A stretch of DNA of 64,000 bases from Candidatus Nitrosotenuis sp. (GTDB taxonomy: Archaea > Thermoproteota > Nitrososphaeria > Nitrososphaerales > Nitrosopumilaceae), in contig JAENJF010000001.1 of the NCBI GenBank assembly GCA_016844685.1, positions 2,205 to 66,204 on the forward strand, in the 5' to 3' direction. Both the position numbers and the translations under genes were made by a program. A model generated the notes under the pieces. It worked only from the letters and a program-made list of their open reading frames with translations. It made no database searches and was not told where the DNA came from. Numbering within the stretch: position 1 is the first letter of the stretch; every line of letters starts with the position of its first letter. This document shows positions 58,317 to 64,000 of this stretch, piece after piece.

Positions 58317-58520
58317 TTCCGTTTTCTTTTCTCTAGACATATGGCCAAGCAATGCCTTGATATCTGTTTGAACATCACCTGTGTTTTTTGCCATATCTAA
58401 TTTTTCAGGAATGCTGTGTTTAGAGTCCTTTGCTTCCAGCTCAACTCTCAGCTTTTCTTTACAGTGAAGATGATCATCGTCTGTTGCAGAAATTTTGTGA
58501 CAAATGGAGCAGAGTTTCAT
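58311..58520 (-). CDS. small hypothetical protein with N-terminal CxxC...HxxC
   Basis: MKLCSICHK...DHLHCKEK. Confidence 0.65.
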   Translation of the reverse strand: MKLCSICHKISATDDDHLHCKEKLRVELEAKDSKHSIPEKLDMAKNTGDVQTDIKALLGHMSREKKTES

Positions 58521-58576
58521 GATTTCTACTAGTTGAACCGACGATTTATAATTTCATAATTTGTTCCAAATCTTGG

Positions 58577-58651
58577 GGGGCCGTAGTCCAGCTTGGTTAA
58601 GATGCTAGCCTGGGGTGCTAGAGATCGTGAGTTCAAATCTCACCGGTCCCA
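58577..58651 (+). tRNA. tRNA-Pro(GGG)
   Basis: GGGGCCG/CGGTCCC acceptor, CTAGC-CTGGGGT-GCTAG anticodon arm, GTGAG-TTCAAAT-CTCAC T arm. Confidence 0.93.
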
Positions 58652-58695
58652 TTATTTTCAATTATGACATCCCAGTTGGCACCTGTTTCGTAGTT

Positions 58696-59301
58696 TCATC
58701 CGATTCTCTCAAACTGGTTTAGGCTTTTCCAAATATACCATGTTGCGACCGTTCGATATGGTCGCCATTTTTCAGCAATTTCCTCAATTTCCTCTTTTTC
58801 GGGAAGATCAAGCATGGAATAAAGGCGCTGTATGCCTTTTTTGAGGCCTAAATCCCCCACAGGCAAAACATCAAGCCTGCCAAGTGAAAAAATTAGAAAC
58901 ATTTCTGCAGTCCACCTGCCAATTCCTTTGACTTGTGTCAGATGCGTGATTATTTCTTCATCCGATCTGTCCTTTAGGGAATTGATTCTCAGTTTCTTCG
59001 ATTGGATCTTTTCTGACAAATCCTTGATGTATGCTACTTTCATTTTGGATAGTCCAGCTGATCGAAGTTTGGAATCAGACGTAGTGATCACATCTATTGG
59101 CCTTGGATATCTTTGGTATAGTTTCTGGAATTTTTTTGAAATCGAGGCAGCAGCTGCACCGGAAAGCTGCTGCGTTATGATTGCATCGATCAGAGACCTG
59201 TATGGGTTTTTTACAAGACTTATTTCGTATTTTCCAACCTGATGAATTATTTTTGCTAGCTTTGGGTCTTTTTTTAAAAATTTTATTGCTTTTTCTGACA
59301 A
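58696..59301 (-). CDS. alkA: DNA-3-methyladenine glycosylase (AlkA family, HhH-GPD)
   Basis: IITQQLS, LTQVKGIGRWTAEM, LPVGDLG, WRPYR. Confidence 0.92.
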   Translation of the reverse strand: MSEKAIKFLKKDPKLAKIIHQVGKYEISLVKNPYRSLIDAIITQQLSGAAAASISKKFQKLYQRYPRPIDVITTSDSKLRSAGLSKMKVAYIKDLSEKIQSKKLRINSLKDRSDEEIITHLTQVKGIGRWTAEMFLIFSLGRLDVLPVGDLGLKKGIQRLYSMLDLPEKEEIEEIAEKWRPYRTVATWYIWKSLNQFERIG

Positions 59302-59302
59302 C

Positions 59303-60073
59303 TCAGAGCTTTAGTATCTTGAGTACATTATCAAAACTTTGCTGTGTTCGCTGTTCTTTGTATTCCCGTAATGCCTTGATGATTTTTGGCCTTGGTGGAA
59401 CACTGTAAATTTTTTGTACTATTTTTGCAAGACCTGAGCCAATAAAAATTGCTTGGGTGGCTGACGTGACGTTTGATACTTTTCTCTCAAGGCTTGAACT
59501 CTCAAAGTCAATCATTTTAATTGATTTTCCAACAATAACGTGTTTTGTGATATTGCTCAGCTCTCCATGATCAAGTCCTGCTGTATCTAATCTGTAACAA
59601 TCAGAAAGTACTTTTTTTATAACCAACTTTAGTTTGAATGCACTCCCCTTTTCCTTTAGATCGCTTGTCCAGTCAAATATTTTTTTGCCATCAAGATATT
59701 CCATTACAATAAAGTTCTTGCTACTATGAAGCAAGATGGGCCCAACGCCTACCTTGTTTGCTGCCTGGAGTAGTATGGTTTCCCGCTCCGTTGTTTTTCT
59801 TGGCGAGTCAGTCCTTCGAATTTTTAATGCAACTTTTTTTGTTCCTCTTTTTGCCAAAACAACAATTCCCGCATAACCCTTTCCAAGCACGTTTACAGTA
59901 CCTATTGTCATCGAGCCTTCAAATGATACACCATCAATTCCAAGCTTTTGCAGCTCTGACACCCTCAAGTCAAGCTGCTTTTTGGTGGCCTTTGGATATC
60001 CAAGTATTCCGGAATATGGTTCTTGAACTAGCCTGTCAACTGGAAGAAAAGACTGTTTCATCAGTTGAAACAA
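59303..60073 (-). CDS. RIO/Bud32-like Ser/Thr protein kinase
   Basis: LGKGYAG, VALKIRR, MEYLDG, HGELS, IDFE. Confidence 0.85.
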   Translation of the reverse strand: MFQLMKQSFLPVDRLVQEPYSGILGYPKATKKQLDLRVSELQKLGIDGVSFEGSMTIGTVNVLGKGYAGIVVLAKRGTKKVALKIRRTDSPRKTTERETILLQAANKVGVGPILLHSSKNFIVMEYLDGKKIFDWTSDLKEKGSAFKLKLVIKKVLSDCYRLDTAGLDHGELSNITKHVIVGKSIKMIDFESSSLERKVSNVTSATQAIFIGSGLAKIVQKIYSVPPRPKIIKALREYKEQRTQQSFDNVLKILKL

Positions 60074-61370
60074 GTTTTGCTATTGCCTCTTTAATGGATT
60101 TGCTTGTTATTTTATCGCCCAACACAAGATTGAATCGTTTTATGTCTTCTTTTAGTCCGGCCGATATGCCAGATTTTTCAATATTCTTTTTCAACAAATC
60201 CCTTACCAGCAACAACGCATCTGATTGTGGCCTTTTTTGGAGGGAGGAAACTTTACCGTCGTCATTTACCCACATCATTATACTTTTCTTCTTGTTAGCC
60301 ATGATGAATTTCTCAGAAAAATCTATACCAAAGAAATCTGGCCCAACCCTAAGATAGGTTTCATCCAGTTTAGTTGATTGCAACAAGAACAATAATACAA
60401 CACTCGAAGTACTCTCCTCAACTAGAGCTGATTTTTTCAATACAACAAAGCCGGCCTGTCCTATTTGTGTTGCAATTGAATTTGTCGCTCGTTTTACTTG
60501 GCCCCAAATTATATCTGGACTTCGTGGTTTGTACTTGAATGTTAATACCAGAGCGTTCTTAGTTACATTTTTTGACGCCTTTTGAATTTTTCTTGGCATG
60601 AAAAATCTAATTGAAGGATTTTTCAAAAACGCTCTTGACGCAAATACAAAGTTTCCAATGTTATCCGTTGAAATGGCAGCAGCGAGATTCCTTTTGCTGT
60701 CAATAGGATCCATGATTACTATTGGAGTCTCAAATTCTTTTATGGCATTTCCAATGATTTGGCCTTGCCTTATGTCTGATACTGCCTTGATCACTCCAAT
60801 AAAGTCTCCAAAATTCAGTATCAACACCTCTGCTACATATCCACTAAAACCCTGTTTTGCTATTTCTGCACCGTAAATGTCGTTATTCATAAGAAATCTT
60901 TTGAGTATTCTGACTTCATTTTTCATGGATTCTGAGAGTGATTTTTTCATGAATTTTGTGTGAAAGGTGGACCGGTCAGCAGAACTCTTCCACTTTCCCT
61001 CTTCCACATCATAACAGGGAACTAAATTCACCTTGGTGTCCTTGATTTTTGCCTCAACGAACGGATGCTCTGCATATCTTACATATGGTTTGAAGTCTTT
61101 TAGCGCATCAAAACCAATTTTCTTTCCAATACTTGCAAAATCCTTCTCAGATACACTAGTTTGGAATTTAACGAAAATGTCAATGTCTGCTTTTTCTGGA
61201 AGCCAAGTTCCCTTTGCATAAGAGCCACCAATTTCAATTCCAGTCACTTGAGGATATTTTGTAATTTGTTTTTGCACAAGATCTAACACGTTATCTACGA
61301 TCAATTTTTTGTGTTGCCGCAGCTTGGTACTGGGAACAACAATTTTTTCTACTTGTTTTAGAATTTTCAT
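60036..61370 (-). CDS. cca: class I CCA-adding enzyme
   Basis: GSYAKGTW...DIDIF, YAEHP, SADRS.FHT, GFSGY. Confidence 0.94.
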   Translation of the reverse strand: MKILKQVEKIVVPSTKLRQHKKLIVDNVLDLVQKQITKYPQVTGIEIGGSYAKGTWLPEKADIDIFVKFQTSVSEKDFASIGKKIGFDALKDFKPYVRYAEHPFVEAKIKDTKVNLVPCYDVEEGKWKSSADRSTFHTKFMKKSLSESMKNEVRILKRFLMNNDIYGAEIAKQGFSGYVAEVLILNFGDFIGVIKAVSDIRQGQIIGNAIKEFETPIVIMDPIDSKRNLAAAISTDNIGNFVFASRAFLKNPSIRFFMPRKIQKASKNVTKNALVLTFKYKPRSPDIIWGQVKRATNSIATQIGQAGFVVLKKSALVEESTSSVVLLFLLQSTKLDETYLRVGPDFFGIDFSEKFIMANKKKSIMMWVNDDGKVSSLQKRPQSDALLLVRDLLKKNIEKSGISAGLKEDIKRFNLVLGDKITSKSIKEAIAKLVSTDETVFSSS

Positions 61371-61906
61371 TTTGACGCCTTTATCACCTGTAAATCAGAG
61401 TAGATTGGACCACTTGGTGTAAGGACGCTTTTTTTGAATTTGATTTCTGAAATTTTTTGCAGGCCAAATTTTTCATTGGAATATTTTATCAATTCATCCG
61501 TAATGTCACCAATTTTATTTTTAATTCTAAATATTGTAATATGTGGTTTGAACTCCCTATCACTTTTAAATCCAAGAGGCGCCATCTTTTCTTCCACCGC
61601 TTTTGCAAGTTCCACAAGCTGATCTGCGCCATTTTTTACTCCAATCCATACCACTCTTGGGAATTTTGGCTTTGGAAATGCACCAACTCCTTCAAAGCTG
61701 ATATCAAACGAATCATACTGAATGGTTTTTAGCTCGTTTTGTACTTTTTGCGCCATATCTTCTGATATTTCACCAAGAAACAATAGTGTAAAGTGCATGT
61801 TTTGCAATTCTATAGGCTTTGTCTCGATTTTGAGATTAGACTGCAGATTTTTTATTGAATTTAAAATGCCTTGACCTGTTATCTCTGCTGCAACAAAGGT
61901 ACGCAT
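61367..61906 (-). CDS. thpR: RNA 2',3'-cyclic phosphodiesterase (2H family)
   Basis: MRTFVA, HFTL.F and PHITI 2H motifs. Confidence 0.93.
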   Translation of the reverse strand: MRTFVAAEITGQGILNSIKNLQSNLKIETKPIELQNMHFTLLFLGEISEDMAQKVQNELKTIQYDSFDISFEGVGAFPKPKFPRVVWIGVKNGADQLVELAKAVEEKMAPLGFKSDREFKPHITIFRIKNKIGDITDELIKYSNEKFGLQKISEIKFKKSVLTPSGPIYSDLQVIKASK

Positions 61907-61978
61907 TACAGATTTTCGTTTTTGGCTTTTTAATGGCTTTCGGTAGCTTCATACGCTAGGCACAAAAAACCAGCGTAA

Positions 61979-62527
61979 TTGCCAAAACTAATCGTATGTC
62001 TTACAGGAATGCCAGGAGCTGGTAAATCCACAATTACATCTGGTCTACAACAAAAAGGATTCACAAGCATCAACATGGGAGACGCTGTTCGCACTGAGGC
62101 AAAAAGAAGAAATCTCGAACCAACGGGCCAGAATCTTGGCAAGCTAATGCTTGAGCTACGTGAAAAAAATGGCCAAGGTGCAGTAGCAGAACTAATCAAG
62201 GATCAAATCATTAATTCAAAATCTGATGTTGTTGTGATAGATGGAGTTCGCTCTAATGCAGAAATCGAGGTTTTGAAAAAAATTGTGATAGTCAAGTTAT
62301 TAGCAATTCACGCATCAACTGATACTCGTTTTAATTTTCTGACTGTACGAGCCAGATCTGATGATCCGCACGATAGAACAATGTTTGATGAACGTGACAG
62401 CAGGGAAATTGGAGTTGGTATTAGTGCATCAATTGCACTTGCAGATGAGACCATATCAAACAACAATCTTACCATTTCTGAGCTTATTGATACTGCGTAT
62501 AACATCATCCAAAAATGGTTAAAGTAA
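61979..62527 (+). CDS. archaeal dephospho-CoA kinase-like P-loop protein (UPF0200)
   Basis: GMPGAGKS, MGDAVR, IDGVRS..E, RD.RE...G. Confidence 0.82.
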   Translation: MPKLIVCLTGMPGAGKSTITSGLQQKGFTSINMGDAVRTEAKRRNLEPTGQNLGKLMLELREKNGQGAVAELIKDQIINSKSDVVVIDGVRSNAEIEVLKKIVIVKLLAIHASTDTRFNFLTVRARSDDPHDRTMFDERDSREIGVGISASIALADETISNNNLTISELIDTAYNIIQKWLK

Positions 62528-62528
62528 G

Positions 62529-62918
62529 TTGATCCCAGTTTTAGACTGCAAAATAGAAGCATACTGCGAGATTAATCCTTCTGAGGATCCAAGAAAGATT
62601 GAACAAGTAATGTTAAATGTACTAGATAATGTAGAACTCAAACTAAACAAGGACTCCATCACGGCAGTATCAAGCGAAACCGAGTCGCTATCAAAAATTC
62701 ACGAATCAATTCAAAAACACCGTTCACAAAACGTCTACAGGCATTTTCTTGATAATAATCTAGACGGCGATGAGACTTGGTTTTATCTCAACAAGCAGGC
62801 AGCATTTGTCAATAGTATTTCGCTTTGTGAACATGCAGAAGAATCTGCCTTGGGACCAATCAAAATAACCATCCGCTCAAAAAACATCGGGCGTGTAATA
62901 GAATGGCTAACTGACTAG
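62529..62918 (+). CDS. DUF54/UPF0201 putative RNA-binding protein
   Basis: INPSEDP.K, FYLNKQAAF, LGPI. Confidence 0.85.
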   Translation: MIPVLDCKIEAYCEINPSEDPRKIEQVMLNVLDNVELKLNKDSITAVSSETESLSKIHESIQKHRSQNVYRHFLDNNLDGDETWFYLNKQAAFVNSISLCEHAEESALGPIKITIRSKNIGRVIEWLTD

Positions 62919-62992
62919 TCAGCTTTTTTTCCTATTTACTCAGCTAGAATGAATTTCTGAACTTTTATCACAATTACAAAATACTTGCTTGG

Positions 62993-63802
62993 ATGTTACT
63001 AAAGCTAGCCACAATAAGCGTAATACTAATCGTAGGTGGATTTTTCCTTCACCCATATTTAGCAAAATTACCTTCTAATGCCGGTGTCATTTTTAATGCT
63101 GTCGCAGACGACGTTAGCGATTTCAAAGATAGTACGATTCACAGGGTAAGTGGTACAATAGATCAAACAGTAGATACCGTAGAAAACAAAATTGAGACAA
63201 TAACTCCAAGTGTGGATGATCTAAATCCCATCAAACAAATACGGGACAAAATAATCTCACCAATAAAGCAGCAAACTTACTATGGTCAGGTGTACGAAAA
63301 AGACGAGGAACAACAAAAATGCAAAATCTCAGTTCCTCAAATGGCAAAGACAGTAGATGGTAAAAAAGAACTAACACATACAGTTGATTTAGAAAATTGC
63401 AAATTCCAAAAACAACAACCAGTTCAGGTAACAAATACAATTAATTCCGTCAACACAGAGTCAATCTCAGTGGAATCATTACCACAATCAAAAATCTTTG
63501 AGACTTTACAGCTAAAGACGTTAAAACATGATGACAATACAGTTTCTATCCAATATGAAGATACGTCTGGAAAAACAACCAAAGTAACAGTAACATTACG
63601 AAACTCTGAAAAGCAATTATTCTCAGGAGAATTCTTTTCATCAAAATTTGATACTAATGTCAATGACATATCAACCAGTCCTCACATAATTGAAATGGTA
63701 GTAGAACACCAAGACTATGGTACAGTGTCATCCTCTGTGTACAATCCAGAAGGAAATCAAGACATCACTATCTATGGTGTATTTGCACAGCCTACTAGCT
63801 AG
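62993..63802 (+). CDS. membrane-anchored hypothetical protein
   Basis: N-terminal hydrophobic segment, 269-aa ORF. Confidence 0.72.
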   Translation: MLLKLATISVILIVGGFFLHPYLAKLPSNAGVIFNAVADDVSDFKDSTIHRVSGTIDQTVDTVENKIETITPSVDDLNPIKQIRDKIISPIKQQTYYGQVYEKDEEQQKCKISVPQMAKTVDGKKELTHTVDLENCKFQKQQPVQVTNTINSVNTESISVESLPQSKIFETLQLKTLKHDDNTVSIQYEDTSGKTTKVTVTLRNSEKQLFSGEFFSSKFDTNVNDISTSPHIIEMVVEHQDYGTVSSSVYNPEGNQDITIYGVFAQPTS

Positions 63803-64000
63803 GAAAAACCATGAAAGGATTAGAGATTGTCTTTCTTGCGGGTGGGAGTACTTGGAACCTTTCTGAGATACAAAATCATAGATTCTCAAATGATACTGAG
63901 TACTCTTTCTGGGTTCTGCGTAATCTATACAACCTGGATAACTCACAATTTAGCCTTGCCGCAATCAACATTATAGCAAATGGCGGACTTTCGATTGGAG

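Noticed and set aside
119-63669. Many ORF-track entries antisense to or nested in long genes (e.g. 584-1246, 28463-28882, 52895-53419, 59758-60357)
   Set aside because: Shadow ORFs: Ser/Ile/Phe-rich, no motifs, fully overlapping well-supported genes
63728-64000. ORF 63728-63946(-) and an open + frame from about 63811 to the window end
   Set aside because: Neither has a recognisable motif and the region is cut by the window edge, so I cannot decide which, if either, is real

Overview
64 kb of core chromosome from an ammonia-oxidising-type archaeon (Nitrososphaerota/Thaumarchaeota, probably Nitrosopumilales). This is inferred from PolD, aCPSF1, GGGP synthase, EgsA, cobalamin genes, PEF(G)-CTERM and CFI-box-CTERM surface proteins and frequent TTG starts. 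The window holds about 70 mostly housekeeping CDSs and three tRNAs: Arg-CCT with a D-loop intron, Val-GAC and Pro-GGG. It also holds the probable replication origin (cdc6/orc1 plus ORB-like boxes, 43932-44397) between the polD small- and large-subunit genes. No CRISPR array, rRNA, integrase or IS element was seen. The most striking unexplained structure is a cassette of four small predicted DNA-binding genes directly beside oriC: a soluble winged-helix protein, a 51-aa AbrB-fold protein, a membrane-anchored coiled-coil/winged-helix protein and an HTH-like protein. Two different short-motif arrays accompany them, with GTTAAC palindromes upstream of the first gene and TGTGA/TCACA boxes upstream of and inside the membrane-anchored gene. 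This suggests an origin-tethering or segregation module (inference). Several small Cys/His-rich ORFs missed by the ORF track, a stand-alone MtrA-like domain and a decayed secreted-protein gene are also reported. All product calls come from recognising motifs by eye; no database search was run.
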